NCBI GenBank assembly: GCA_903813345.2
Contig: CAIIXF020000001.1
Span: 8,680,001-8,744,000 of the forward strand
DNA: 64,000 nt
Direction of reading: 5' to 3'
From: Owenia fusiformis
Taxonomy: Eukaryota
Shown here one piece after another: positions 1 to 15,800 of this stretch. The position numbers and the translations under genes were made by a program. The notes beneath the pieces were generated by a model, which made no database searches, was not told the origin of the DNA, and was given only the letters and a program-made list of their open reading frames with translations. The stretch's first letter is position 1. Each line of letters opens with the position of its first letter.

Positions 1-73
1 CAGCCTAAAACTTTAACATGGATTTGTTGATTTAAACTTCACATTCCATTATGTTGTGGATAAGAAGTATATA

Positions 74-559
74 CTGTAGATTGGGTTAATTTGGCGCTAC
101 TTAATTTGGCGATTTTGCCATTTTTGGCATATTGGCGGCTATTTAATTTGGCGGATATGCAAAAAAAATTTTTATTAACTTACGCGTTGTTTGCGAATTT
201 TATGTTAATTTTTTCTTTTGAGGACCACTGGCAATATTCACCACGTTTGTACATTTTTGTGAGATCATCCTTTACATTTTGCACCTCGATTGATGCTGCT
301 ACTATACTGCACTTTTCCTTTCTCGTTTTTCCCTGAGTATTAACAAGTGACTGACCAGTTCTGAGCCAATTTATGAGAGACATTTTTTCATATTTTTGGA
401 AAAAACTAAACCGGAAGTGACCTAAATACACTCGACGAAATACCCTAGATAATTCCCGGGGATTCATTCTAAATTTTGGCGAAGATTTATATTGGCGAAT
501 TTTTCAATTTCGCCAAATTCGCCAAATTAAAGCGGGCGCCAAATTAACCCAATCTACAG
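74..559. mobile_element. Tc1/mariner-type MITE
   Basis: TIR CTGTAGATTGGGTTAATTTGGCGC...GCGCCAAATTAACCCAATCTACAG flanked by TA. Confidence 0.88.
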
Positions 560-867
560 TAGTATCATCTAGAGTTTGGCAAAAACATATCAGATATATT
601 TAAGCTGTACATGTAATTTTAAAATGGTAGTATGACCTTTTTGTTAAAAAGATACATTTTGAAAATGGCATTTCTTGCTATTCTGAGATCTGTATACTTT
701 AAAGTGTACTTTAGCACAAAAAAGACTTACTTTAATAAGGGTATTGATGAGAACTCAGTATTTCATTTGATACCTAGGATCATTCAGATAGATCACATGG
801 GAGCTTATAATAAATTATCAAAATTATTTTTTTGTTCTTTCACATTTTTCATGTTTATATGTTTCAG

Positions 868-3800
868 ATGGGTCGGTCACGGAGAAGACGAAGGTCGTGT
901 AGCAGAGATTCTTCTTATGACAGCTATGATAGGAACAAGCGACGCAAGGTCTCTAATAACAGTTACTATGACGATTACAAATATAGGCATTCCAGGTCTA
1001 GATCTCGCACTCCTCGCAGGTAAGATTGCCAAATATAATAATAATAATATTTTTTTATTTTTTACAATTTTAAGGTAAATCAAAATATTAAATTTGAAAT
1101 TTGGCTGAAGTGCAAATATTCATTTTAACATGTTCGAGGGGGTTTAGTATTATGTAGCTTGCCAAAATTTTGCAAAATCATTGCTTCGTTTACTACTTCC
1201 TGTTTAAACAGCTTTATCTGTACCAATCTCTCTCCATAAATTTAAAAAGAAAAATTGAATTCTGAATGAATTGCAACATGTTATGTTTACAGGACGATGA
1301 TCTGGTAATTCATGAAACATGAACATACTCTTTAGATACGTTTAGATCTGTATTTATAATATTTCATGTAACATTAACTAATTTTTATTTCGTGATAATG
1401 ATATCTTAGTAGTAGTATCACATGACTGTTACATGAATATATTGTACATGGATGGTTTCTATCACACATATTTAATATTATGTTGGCTTTTACCACATTC
1501 TGTTTTTGTTCTTCTAGACGTGAATACACCCCAGATTCTTACTACAGAGAAAGATCTTATACTCCTGAACGTGAGTATCAAAGACGGCAAAATAGACGGC
1601 ATCGTTATGACGACAGATTTGACTACAATTCTGACTACGACAGGTACCGATCACAGGATGAGAGTCGCTACCGTAGCAGTAGGCGGCGTCCTCGCCACAG
1701 ACGACAACATCGCAGATCGGAAAGTACTAGTACAAGCGTGGTAGGTACCTTTCTTTAGCCCTCCCTTGCTGTCCAAGCCATGATTTGAGAATCACCATGA
1801 CTGAGCTAAAATTGCATTAATTTACCCTTGTAGAAAAATTCAATAATAGTGGTAAGAGGTAAATATTTTGTTTGAAATATTTGGTAAGTTGAAACTAATT
1901 TGAGTTAGTCTGCAAGGGTATCAAGCATTTTAAAACATTTCCATGGTTAACATAAAATCAATAAAGTATAGATGGCGTCAAAGTCGGGAATGTTGCAAGA
2001 AATGTACTCTTAGCTTGGAAAAATCAAAGATGTGGAATTCTATGCTTGCTATTAAAATGACAAATGTTTCACAAAGTTTTAATTGATATATCAGAGTAGA
2101 GATAAATCCCATTAACCTCATGTTAATCACAGTTTACAAGGCGATGTTTTTACTTGTAAAATAAGTTTGAAATGAATTGTATTGTTCATTCACTTTGTGG
2201 TTATGTTTGCAACAATATTATTTTTACGAATGTCAAGTACCAATTTAAAAATTGGGTCTTGGGGATGGATGTGAGTGATGGTTGAATTTAATATATTGTA
2301 TTTCATGATTTGAATTTACAGAATATGAAATGGTTGTAGCATTTACTCAATTTTTCTGTGTGTAAAATGTATAGGTTATAGGAATATGCTGAATATACAT
2401 GTAGCATGCATTAAATCTATTGAATTTTTTAATTTGCAATTTACAAAATTTTCGTATTTTAATTCATGTCCATGATTTTGGTAATACAAATAAATTGCTT
2501 ATGAATAGGTCATTGGGTGATTAAGAAGTTCACATAATAGAGCATCAATGTGTAATTAGATTGTAGGAGACAAGAAAGCTGAATGAAAATCAGTATTTCA
2601 TTCTCTTGGGTTCATCATTTAGTGTTTATACTTCAGTAAGAACCATGAGTCACAAAATTTAATATGTCTCTTATGTCATGGTGACTGTGACTATTGGCTT
2701 TCATTCATTTTTATGTTAATCTCAAAATTGTATCTGGAATTCTTTCTTAATTAAAGATAGGCTGCTGAATTCACATTGCTCATGTCTTCTTGCCCATAAT
2801 TAGAAAACAATCACGTTCATTAGTATAATTTCTTGAAGAGTTTATCATTCATGTTGCCTGGCCCAATTAGATTTGGTATAATTTGCAAGCTAGAGGACCA
2901 ACCCAAAGCGTGGGTTTAGTTGGATTGATGGTATAATCTGACAGTGTGTATTATAATAAGATTTCTATTGATTTGTGTACATTCAAACTCACACATGATA
3001 GAATTCACTAATACCACCAAAGGGAAGTCAGTAGCTGGAGGCAGGCTGGCTACTTTTTCATGCCAAGAGTCCAAGACGCTTTGCCGCTTAATTTCTGGTA
3101 GATTCAATCTAAGCACATTTGGAGGACAACTTCATTATATTATATTTGGAATGAACTATGATGTTTGGTTTGAGACGGGTCTTAGTTCGTAAACCATGAG
3201 AACATTATGATGCTATAATGAAGCTATATTAGCCACACAAGAAAATATTAGCCACACAGTGATGTATAACCACACAAAGCTGTATTAGCCACACTGCTGG
3301 CTATGAATACTTGAAAAGTTAAAAATGTTGAATTTTTATACTTGACTCAAGATTGACACATAGAAATAAAGATGAGTCTGCGATGTTAGTGAAGAAATTC
3401 AGGATCAGATGTCTAATACCACGATTGATGACAGTAAACAATGAAATCAAGGATATAGATAGGAAGCATTAGCATTCATATTTTAAGTGTATAGAATTTC
3501 ATGATGTTGAAAAAATCTTGATGGTTGGATGTTTTTAAGGAAATACTGGTATGTAAACAACTTGACTATCTGTGGAGCATGAAATCTTAAACAGGATTGT
3601 TACCTTATATATGTTAAAAATAATTTATTTATAATTATATTGTATAGGAGAGTGTTTCAGGAACAGATGTCTTCATAATATATTGGTTTCAATTAAAGTA
3701 TGGATAAACTATTCGCAGAAAATTATACTTTAGAGATTTTCTTCATTGAACTAGTAGTGAGCTTATCCTTTTATATGCCCAGAGGGGGAGAAACACCAGA

Positions 3801-6800
3801 GTTCAAAGATGACATACGCTTATAATGTAAATCTGTATTGAGATGACATCATCGCTGATTGGTCAAAAGTCGACAAACAAATGACGTCATCAATGGCGGT
3901 TTCAAAATTTTCGAAATACGCTTCGAATAATATCATGTTCATTTCTGGCGTGTTAACCAATATCAGAGCTTTTTATTTCACATCAAGATTAAGAAAGGTG
4001 TACGGAATATGCGTATATCAATTACAACATCCCATCGAAGTGTATATTTGATAACTAGCCGACGAAAATTCGAACGAACGAAGGTGGTAAGCAAGAGAGG
4101 TAATTATGTCTGTCATCTTTAAACTCTGGGGCTTTCCCTCCTCTTTATATGCCTAAGCTACATTGCGGTTAGAAACAACCATTCTGATACAACTAGCTAA
4201 TAACATAGAATTTAATACATATTTCTCTTATGTCAGTTTGGTTATGGTTTACTATTAGTCAACATCACCAGTTTCTCGCTTGACTAGATAATTGCGAGAA
4301 TTTCCAGAAACAGTTATTCTTTGGGCAGAGTAGGTCTACTTTACCATGAAAAACTGATATGGAAATTGGACACAACATCTAAAGACATACCAGTCATTGT
4401 AATCACTCTAAACCCTGAAGAAGTAAGAGATAAGTATTCCGAAAATAGTTAATGCACAATTACAGAAATATTATTTGATTTTCTATATTACTTACAAAGG
4501 TTGTAATAAATCAGCAAATGTGATAACATTTCTCAGGTTATATCAACCTTTAGATACTAGTATATTTTGGAATAATCTTAGCTCCTTATTAATGGTTAAG
4601 ATTGCCAGTCTTTGCACCATTTCTGGAGCTAAATGTTTTTCTTGATGTTCATTCTAATTCTAATATCTCAATTTACTGTTCAATCATGGTGTAAGACCCT
4701 CTGTAATTTGTTTATTGGTGATTCGTAGCTCTGTATGGGTCATGGAAATCATATTACATACTAATATAAGCATTTGTAGGATTTGTTAATTAAGTTTGTC
4801 GTCATGAGATATATCATCTCTGGAATTATTTTTTCGAAGTATTGCAGTGATCCGAATTTTTAACGTTTCTGAGTAGCATACTAACATATACATACCTTTC
4901 TTTCATTTTGTAAACCAGAGAAAGCTTTCTGAACGCCTTAGGGAACAATGTATATCCTTGGGTCTTAAGGACCTATTGATTTTGTTTGAGTCCCTTGTCG
5001 CCAGCAGTATTTAGAAATTGGCAAATTGATGAAATAATGTTATATTATTTCCTGTAGAAGAGAAAACTCAATTTCCAGAGAAGTATCTCTAAATCATTTG
5101 ATTTCATTCAATTTTTGGAAACCTTTGTTCTTTTGAATCTAAATTTTTTTCTAATCATACTTTCTTTTGATATTATTTTTCATTGGCACGAAAAACAGTG
5201 TTTGAAAAGCTAGGCCTTTTTGTGGAGATATTTAAAACTTACTTTATATGTGAAAGGCCTCTTTTCTTTTATTTGGGCCTAAATCAGGGGTGAAAGCCCA
5301 TCTATATATACCCTTACATGTCTGTCACTCACTAGGGGTAGTCTGTTCACTTCTGACCAGAAGTTATCCTAAATGTTTTAAATCATAATGATCTATAGAC
5401 TTTGGTGCTAACCTTCATTTGTAAAAAGATCAAGTTTATCCAGAAATAATTGACCCCTGGTAATTCAAAATTAGATATTGAAGAGGATCTCTGTCTCTGG
5501 GATAAGATGAAACATTTTTTAGGTCAGTCAAATGATTTGGACTTGTAATCATTCCTTCCTTTATCTGCAATAAATGGATGGGAAAGTAAAGAGAAACTTC
5601 CTATTGTATTGATCATTTGCATGTATAAGTCCTGTTTTCAATATGAGCCTATAGATGGTGTTGATGTATTACATAGTTGTTATGGAATGGTTGTCTACCC
5701 CTGCCTTAGGTGTTTGAGTTAGTTAATATGATATTCGAAATACCTTTGTCTTGAATTCCAGAATTACATATATTTTTTTTCAAAAAAGTTGATCTTGAAT
5801 TTAGAATACACAAAAATAAAGAATACAGAAGCTGTATTCAGATCCTCATAAACATACTTAATATATTATCTGGAACATCTGTAACTTACACTGCCTTATC
5901 ATCTCACTATTAGAGGACCATCCCTTTTCTTTCTGAGCATACAGAGTGTTCTCCTGGCAAGTTAGAAACTTCTTGAAGTTCTGAGGATTAACAGAGGATA
6001 ATCCCTGTGTTCAGATAAGCCAATGATGATTCTCTGGTAGAAGCTACTGGAAAGTTGTAAACCAAAAGTGATGCTGCTGGATATATCCAGAATTTTGTGC
6101 CTTACCAGAGGACGATTCCAAGTATTCAGGAACGCTTTCCACTGAAACTGAATATCCTACCTTGAATGTAAACTGCCTATACCAAGGCGGCTGCAACTTA
6201 TTATTGGACCAGCATCCAGATGAGAATTGTTGTGAAAAGTTTTGGTGCAAGCACCAAGCTGCCAGTGCCAGTCAGGATGAAAATAGACACGAAGGATTTA
6301 GCGGAAGAGAGAACATGGGCAAAAATGCCGACCTCTGAGCCTCCAATTATACTTACTGATGAAGCTGTGTCTGAATGTATAGAAGCAGCTATTGAGACTG
6401 TAAATGAGGTAAATGAAACCAATGGACAGATTAATGGAGTAAGTGACTCTTCTGTAGAGAAAATCTTGGAGAAATGTACGGATAATTCAGAGACACAAGA
6501 GGAATCTCAGGTATAGAAGCGTCCATCTTTAAATGGCTACCTATCTATCTGTTGGCTGAGTCAGGTGAATTCAACACATAAATGGAACCTCATTAACCCT
6601 CAATACAGTTAAGGAATTCATCTACATTTTGTACCCAGATGTATTCAGATATTTTTTACATATTTTACTCTGATTGATTGTGTGGCTTTAAAAATGAAAC
6701 GTATACACCAATGCTGATCATGAACAGAGTTTGGATCCTGATTGATTCTGACTTATGTGTACATAATGATTCTGGAATGGAAGCAATGTTCCCAAAATAT

Positions 6801-9800
6801 ATTTAACATGGAACTAAGGTTGATAATGGAGGATTTTGACTGCCAGCCAACAGATATGATTCAGTCGTTTAAATCTTTACGCTGATTCAGAACTTTGGTA
6901 CACTCTTTCTTTATTTACTTCGCAATATGGTGTTGAAAGAGTTGTCATTTCCTCAATGGTATTGTCTGTCGTCTGTCTATGGGCTTGACCTTGATTAGAT
7001 CCATTGACTGACTTGGATTCATCACATTGAGTTAAAATGAAGGAAAAGAAAGTGTGTACCAATTCAAACAATCACTAAACACAAAACAATTTTCTTCATT
7101 GTGGAGTTGTGTGAGAGACAAAACACATGTATGTCTACTTAGATTACATGTGCAAGTACATGTAATGAAGTTGAGTAAAACATTTTCAAGTCCTTTGAAA
7201 AAATTGAGTTAGAGTAGAAATTAAAATTGATCTTTATGCTACAAATTAGTAAGTGAAGGAATTCCAACCAGATGGGCAAATATTGCACTTGTTCAAGTAA
7301 TTTCTCTGGTCTCTAATGGTTAACTTTTCAGTATACATGTTTTCTTGGCTGTCTACACACTCCACAATGACCTCATAATCAACATTACTCCTTGCTGCTT
7401 TCTCCAGCAGACTTCTCCCTTACAGAACAGTACATGAGCCAAAGCCCTTACTCACTACATTATGTAGTTATGACTTCTCCAATCAGTTTGTTATTTCACT
7501 GTTTTTTCGCTGGCTATTTGGATATTCTTTGTGGAAAGACTCGGATGTTTCAGAAGTGTCAAAATTTGATGATCAAATGAACTTAGATGATTAAAAAAAA
7601 TGTGAAAATTAGAATTTTGAGGATTCAATTTATCTATGACTGAGTATATTGTGGAAGTTTTTATTATATTTATGAACTTCATGTCAGTTCATAATATGTG
7701 TTGCTTTTTCTCTTGAATCAGCTATTTTTAGAAGATACCATTTAGAAATTGGAAATATCAAAGGGTACTCATCTTTCCCCATATCTGGAAATTTAGAGTA
7801 TGTACTGCTGCCTGCTTGCGAAATGTCATAATGGTCATGCTTTAAAACACAAAACTGGGTGAAAAAGGGAGAAAATAGCATGAAATGAGAGAAACCAAAA
7901 TGTATTTAAAGGCAATGAAATGTTTAGACTATTCTTTGAAACCCTAACTATGAGGAATGTGTAGAAGGAACATGACCATGTGTACATTTAAGCAAGGGAA
8001 TATATGTAAGGATAATGTTGAGCTAAGATTCTGGTTAGGATAGAGTTTCATTCAGATAGGAGATGTATCCATGGATATATATATATCTTACATAGGCTTT
8101 TTGGTGCCAGGTGGCTATTTGACCGCCTTTATTCTGTTATTGAAGTCATCATCCAAATTCATCATATCAAATTATGTTTAATGCAATTACAACTTTACTA
8201 AGCATCTTTGTGTATTAGACAAGTTATGCTTTGACATTTGGTGCTCATCGGGAAATTACTTTAAATTAGATCCCATCTCCCTAGAGTCTTGACTCCTCCA
8301 TTTTGATACCATTGGTGTATTAATATATTTGCAGTACAGACTATTATATCCACAGATAACATATTGCTAACTTGAGCTGAGAATTTTTAGCATTTGAATA
8401 TTTACCAGTAGGCAAAATATTTAAGAAAGAGTAAGCATTCATATTGGTATTTGATAAGGAATTGAAATGTGCCATGAATCAAATCATAGATCAAAAGAAA
8501 GCTTCCCTCTCTCTCTAAGGCACTAAAATCCATCAAAATGAGAATTCTTTCGCCTGCAACAAGGATTTCTTCTCTTTGATGAAGAGGCAATATTATGAAA
8601 ATTCTCACTTGACATGATTAACTCTTAATCCTGTATTATTATGATATGTTTCATGACCTATTTGATGTGGAACCTTGAGATTTATAAACATTAGGGTAAA
8701 AGCAAGCAAAAAATATTGGGGAAATTGCGATTGAACACACATGCATACTATTTAGTATTACTCACCATGGAAATATTTCTTCGTTTGTGGTTAGTCGGTT
8801 AATCAGCTCTGGTATGGTTTAGAAGAAGATTTAGATTAATCTACAGATGTTAGATGTGTTGGTACAGAATAAGACGGAATAAGACTTGTTTTGACATACT
8901 TTACTTTATATCAACTGCTGTATGAAGATAACGATTAAACTACAACTGTGAGATGTGCCGACCTGGAAAAAACTTGTATTTAACATAGTTTTCCTTTATA
9001 TCAACCGATGTACCTCATGTCTCATATTACTAGTCAATCAATAAGATAATCCCCTTGCTAAGGTCATGGTTAGGCAACATGGGGTGACTTTTGCTTTAAA
9101 AATGTATACTTTATTTCTATCATTGCTTTCAATGACACTCTACAGAAATGTCCATTAAGTTCCTAAAAGGCCAGTAAAGAATGTAAACTCTGTCCTACCA
9201 GAATCTCTATAATATCACAATCACAAACACAATTGTATTTGTCTGGATAAAATTCAAAGACAGTATAAACATTTATATAATGAGTCCAAAAAAGTTTGGA
9301 CTCATTATTTAATCAAGTTTTTGTGACATCAATCTCAGTATGTCAGCAAAAACTGTAGCCCTATGATAACATTTATCATTTAATGGTTCAATGAACACCA
9401 TTAGTTTTTAACCAGCCAGTTACAATGTGTTTGTAAGATTTATGCATTTTATCACAGAAATTGCTCGTAAATCAGATTGCTTCAAGTTCAATGGCTTTAA
9501 TGTTGAAACCATTCAAAAATGCTACAACCATTTTATTCTGTTTCAAAACAAAATTTCAAAAAAAACTTTTTACTAAAGATCAAATTTTATTCTGAAAATA
9601 TATGTTGTTGCTTGCATACATATCACTGTTGAATGCTATGTTAAACTGTACATATTGGACATGCTATGCATTTGTGTCTCTCAATATGCACGAATTCCAA
9701 CCTTGATGAAAAACGAAACGCCACATCTCTAATGTAAACCGCCACTCGCAATTGAAACCCTCTCAACGTGCCAACAACCACCACCACAATCTCCCTATGG

Positions 9801-12800
9801 TGCTGTCTTCTCCTGCTGTTGCTCCTGATGATGGTCTGATCTCCTTCTGGTGTCTACTGGGGTCTGCTTGGGTGTTACAGAGCCGGGCTGAGAGTAGGGC
9901 ATCAAGCATTCATGATGATGATGATGGGCATCTTATATACAAGGCGGGGGACATGCTTCAAGCGAGATGTACACAAATTTTCGTAATGTTTTACCCCATC
10001 TGTAACAACTTCTTTTTCAGTGAGCCCAAATTGGAAATTCTTTATAATGCACCTTGAATCCATCAGATTGATAAAATCGAAGGATTTCAATGTTAAAAAT
10101 AAAGGGGTATATTTGTTAAAGAATTTCCGTCATCTGTCCCTATATTATAGCCCAGAAGATTCAGAGTAATGGACAATTTCCTCTATGATTTGAAATATTT
10201 AAGTCCTGTCTGTCCATCACAGAAATGTCTCCAAATAATACAGTTTGGATATTATGGATTAAGCTAAATTTCATTGTGTACTCAGTTGTATACTCACATT
10301 AATTCTACTGGTATTTTAATATTCTTCATAGTTAAGATTTCTTATATTTCATGCAATATTTTTCAATCAATATAAAGCTGTGCTTGGGTTCTTCATTTAG
10401 AATCCTGAATCATGTCCTAGTTGTTGAATCAAAATAAACATATATTTATCTGGATGTTCTACAGACATATCTTGTTGCTATGGTTTCCGATAATTTTGAG
10501 CTACAGGTAAATAACCTCGGGTAATTTCTGAGTTCCCATGCATTCATATACATGTTCCAGCCATCTTATATTATACAGACAGTAACTAACCCTGTCTGTT
10601 TGAATCTTACTGATTTTTACCAACATACCCTTTCCCAACCTTTTTGAACTTGAATATGTATTACTGAAGAATGTGAGACTCCTGAGGTTAAAAACAGTTT
10701 TGTTGATATTTGCTTGGATGTGTATCATTGGGAGAATTACGCAGCACGAAAATCTTGAAATTCCATTCATGAATCTTACTTTCAACAACACTGATGTTGC
10801 TTTCAAGTATACATAGACTTTTATCTGTTTTACAGCTAGCTTTGCTAAGCTTTGGATCATTTCCAATTGATTTTGATAAATCTCAAATCAAAAATTACAG
10901 ATGAAAGAAACTTTGAATTTGTTGTTGTGATTATTCTATAGATCAATCTTTGCTTTTATTGAATAATAAGTATCATTCTCAAATAAAAGAAGTACAGAAT
11001 ACGAAAAATTATATATTCAGAATTTGAATTGAGAAATTAATTATGGCTGTTGTTGATATTGCATCCAACAATATCTGACCTTATCCTGTTCGGAAGTGGG
11101 AATTTCCGCCCTTGAGTATACCATGTGATATTTCAATGTGTTATTTTTACCTGCCATTACATTAACACCAGGTAAAAACACCATTCGTTTGTGCTCTAAT
11201 GACGTCAGACGTTGCTTGCTACCTGTTTTAGAATTCAGGAGTGTTAACTCTATGATTGAAATAGCATGTGATCTTTTCAGAGGCTCTTCTATCAGGCAAA
11301 TGGTGAATTCATGATCCAGATCTATTCCAAAATGCTTTCCTTCAAAACAAATATTTACAAATGTTTGAAGATTATCAGTTACATTTTATTTACTACCAGT
11401 GACATCATTGCTTTTGTAAATTGCATCAGTTATATTCATTTCTGATTTATGGTGTTTTCAACTCAGCTCCATTAACCAGTTAATAACCAGTTTCCAACTT
11501 GGGACCATTATGGCTTTTTAGGATCAGAAAAGAAATACATCTTTGAAGAACTCATGCACAGCCTTATATGTTATATCAAATCTAAATTGATTGATCAAAT
11601 GATTTATACGTAAGACTTCTGTAAATTTTGATAGCTCAATATCAATGCTGAGTTTTTTAAAGAAATATGTAGACATGTAGTATTATACAGCAAAAAAGAA
11701 AATCTTCTGATCGAAAATTGAAAAACTTAAAAATTATATAGAAAACATGTGATGGCGTGAAATTGATATTTGAACTATTGCTGTATTTTACTAGTTTCAT
11801 ATTACATTATACCTTTATATTCTCAGAACTCCATTGATCACCATCGTAATTACATTTTGTGACATCACAGACATGAACAATAAATCAGTTGTTGCTTTTA
11901 TTCAAACAAGCTCAGGTTTTGAAATTAACATGCTGACCATTTTCAATCATGCTCCAAATGCAGGACTCCACACCATATCAACAAGTTGTAGATTTGATCT
12001 GGAGCCCTATATTTGGGGAATGGTTTTGATAGAAACAACCACTGGGGCTTTGTATCAATGTTTATGTTGTCACAAATGACATGGTATTCATGCCTCGTTT
12101 ATATCCTTTTTTAGATGAAATCATTGGTACTTTAGGAGAAGGAACATTCGGCAAGGTTGTAGACTGCAAAGATTTACAAAAGTAAGTACTTTTACATTAT
12201 TGTGTTTGTGATCAGGATTTGTGTGACGGCTTATAACTTTCTTCATTTTGTCTTGGGATTAGCAACAAGTTTTCCATTTGCTATGATTTTTATGAAATCT
12301 TTGGCACTACTGTTATTTATTTACTTTTCTGGAACCTGGATATTATCAGTGCTCAAAAAAACAGTTACTGCATTATTAGGCTAGAAACCGAAAGCCTGGT
12401 CAATCACCTACACCAATTCTTTCGTCTCTCCATGGTATCATCTTGGATTTTCAAAGGATTATGTCATCATACCTTTGAATCAAAGGCCTAAATCCCTACC
12501 TCTTTGCCTTAGAGGAGTAAAGTCTCAAACAGTCTCAGATTCAATGAGAAATAATCAATAAATTTAGCCTTTATATTATAGCACCTAGATCTTTTTTGTT
12601 TTTTTCTCACACGCCCCAAGCTAACTCTATCAGGCAATCAGGTATATTCATGGTCATATTTGGTGTTACCTTTCATGTGTGGTGATCATAAATTTTTAGC
12701 ACTGATATTACTCCAAGGTATTTTATTTGTGATTTTAACATATTAAATCATATTGAAAATACTTATTCAGTCCATATGTTGGTCTAAGTCTTAGTTAGGT

Positions 12801-15800
12801 TGGTTTGGGTTTGGTCATTTGTTACTTTAGAATAAATATTATATATCATTGTAAAAGTTGCATGGGCAACTTTAAAGAAACCAAACATACAATCAAGCAC
12901 CCAAGCAAACTATTTGTAAACAAAAAATATGAAACCGAAACCATGTATTTTTCGAATTATATAAATATTTGAAAAAGATAATTTAAACCTTATGTAAGTG
13001 CATTTATTGAAAGAAAAGGCAGCATATGATTATGATACAGTATTTTAATTTATTATAATCTTAAGTTCAAGGTTTCCACATTTAAGAGCTGTAATTAGAG
13101 AGCTATTTTCACTGTGGACCATTCACTTGTGTTTTACTTTCTACAGCATCATGAATCATAATTTAGTGCCTTTTTACAGCACCTTCATCAGAAGTTTATT
13201 CGTACATCACCTAACAGTTCAGCATGGTTTTGTCTAATGATAAAGCAAGCAATGGGGTGGTTTTCTGTTCCTTACAAAATGTTAGATAAGCATGTGTTTT
13301 TGTGCTGAATTATGCAAAAAGGATATTGTACATGCAGACGGGTGCATAAATGTGGGCAGTCGACTAAAAAAGACTTTAATGTCAGAAATGGTTAAATCTA
13401 ATGGGTTGACATTATAGCAGAATATCAATATCATAAAAAAATTTCACTGGGTCAAGGGAGTTTTCCAGTATTTTTTCCCATTTGTTTTTTTATTGTCCTA
13501 TAAATTGCCTTTATATAGATTATTTAGTGTCTGAAGATAGTTGAACTTACCTTGAAAACAGACAGCATACCAGGAAGACTAATGCCCAGAAAGATTAATA
13601 CTGGATCTCTTATCTGGAGCATTGGAGAGCCATTGTTGTTTCATGTTTTTATCTATATAACCATTGCCTGTTCTATGATGGCCTCTGGAACTTTCCAATC
13701 TACTTTCACTTTTCTCCTGGTAGGAGTGAAGTGTGTAGCGGGAGGGGACACAAGGGCTTGATGCAGAGCTATTTCTTTGGTAAACTATCTATCTATAAAC
13801 TATCCCTATGGTATGGAATGCTGCACTGGATATACATGTATACAGATTTTCATACATTTCTCTTATTCTTGAAATGTATTTTGGGCTTACTGTGTTACTA
13901 TACTGTTTAATCATGACTAAGGACCTGTAGCCATGACTTGGTATAAACATAATTTACTATATTCATGACTGCCAGTACTCCAGTTTACTGTACTCACGAC
14001 TAGCTTCACTCATGGCTGACTCTTCACATGGCATACTGAACTCAAACTTGACTCTCTGTACTCAGGCTTATACTATACATAACTTGCTGTGACAACCTGT
14101 ACTCAAACTTATTGTATTCATAACTTAATGCACCCGTGGTGAAGCTGAGATGGAAAAGGGAGTTCTCAATCAGTCAATATTTGCATCACGAAAACATGCT
14201 AAGATGACAAGTATATTGCAAAATACACATATCATCCTCTGGGTGCATCTTTAATAAACCTTGCTTATTTATAAGTATAAGCACTCTAAGGCTTACAAAT
14301 CATATATAGGTCTCAATAAAATATGTTGAAGACTATTATTCAGTATCAGATACATTGTATATTCTAGTAAATCTTGGTATTAGACTATTTATGTGTTATA
14401 TGTTATACCAACCTAAATTATGATCGAAAATTGACTGTGGGGAGCCATAAAAGCTCTTTTCTGTGATAAATTGAAGTTTTCCAAACCACTGTAGAGTTAA
14501 CCAGCTCATATTCAATATCATTATATATTTTATGTTAACCTTGTAATTCGCAAATGTCAAAGATTTCAGTTGGAAGGGAATTTCTTATATTATGTATGAT
14601 TTTTTAGGTACACATGTTATAGGTATTTGTATAGTATATATTGTTAAACCAAACCATAAACTTTGGACAATTCTTGTAGAAGAAGTTATTTGAATTGTAT
14701 GAATTATGAACTTGTCCTTCATATGTATTGTAGAAACGAGTGGTCTACTACTTGTGTACTTACATGCGTTAATTATGACCGTATACAAATATACGGAATA
14801 TGCCCAAGAGGTATTGCTCACCTTTATTGGTGGTAAACAAGATACTAAACAAATACTGGATGACCATGAGGTGGATATGCCAGGAGGATAGGTATTCTGG
14901 CATATCCACCTCATGGTCATCCAGTATTTATTTTATAATGCACCTCCCTTGGTTAATATCATATTCCTATCATTAATTTACTGTAGATAAATAAAAGATG
15001 GTGTTAAGGATGCAGTACCGGGTCGGTTTTCACGTCTGTTTGCGCAGGTTTGACTTCCGGTTTGAGAAAGCTAGCTCCCAAGAACGTCATTTTCGCATTT
15101 AGTCTTATTCAAAAATTATAGTTTATTTCGATAATGGTGTTTCCAGAAAAGAATTAAATTGCAAACATTTTATCAAGCATATTTTATCCCTCTCACTTTT
15201 ATGGGAAAACTTGTTCTTGAGTCGCAATTAGTGGATACGAAAACCAGGGTTCGAAAGGTGCCAGCTCTATTGAAAACTCAAAAAAGTAAAAAGATTCATT
15301 TTGGGTGGGTAAAATATTTTTTCTATTTTGTAATAACCAGACGGTCAATCCTCTTCATATTCCACTTGGATGATGATAACATCATAGTGATACATTGTAA
15401 AAAATATGAGCAAAATCTAATGTCTGGAACTTTTTCTACGCTGACCTGGTACTGCATCCTTAAATTGTCAAGAAATACTTTATTTTAAAGATTGGGTCTA
15501 CTAAAACAGAAGCCGAGCCTAGTATTTTTTTTCGAGGATAGGTATTCTGGCATATGGGATGGTTGGAGATCTCGTTGCTTCAATACTGGATAGAACGAGA
15601 TCTTGCTGCCACGTATGGCAATAGACCCTACAGCTCTTAACCAATCAGATTTGAGTATTTTAATGAGGTGCATAATAAAATACAATACACTAAATACAAT
15701 TAATAAATACAGAACAATGCAATGACCACCTTACATTCTCATTTTTGTTGTAGGAATGATGACCTTAATCTGCCCCTTGTGTTGAAGGAATGATGACCCT

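Noticed and set aside
91-467. ORFs of 81 and 95 aa
   Set aside because: Lie inside a MITE and show no transposase motifs.
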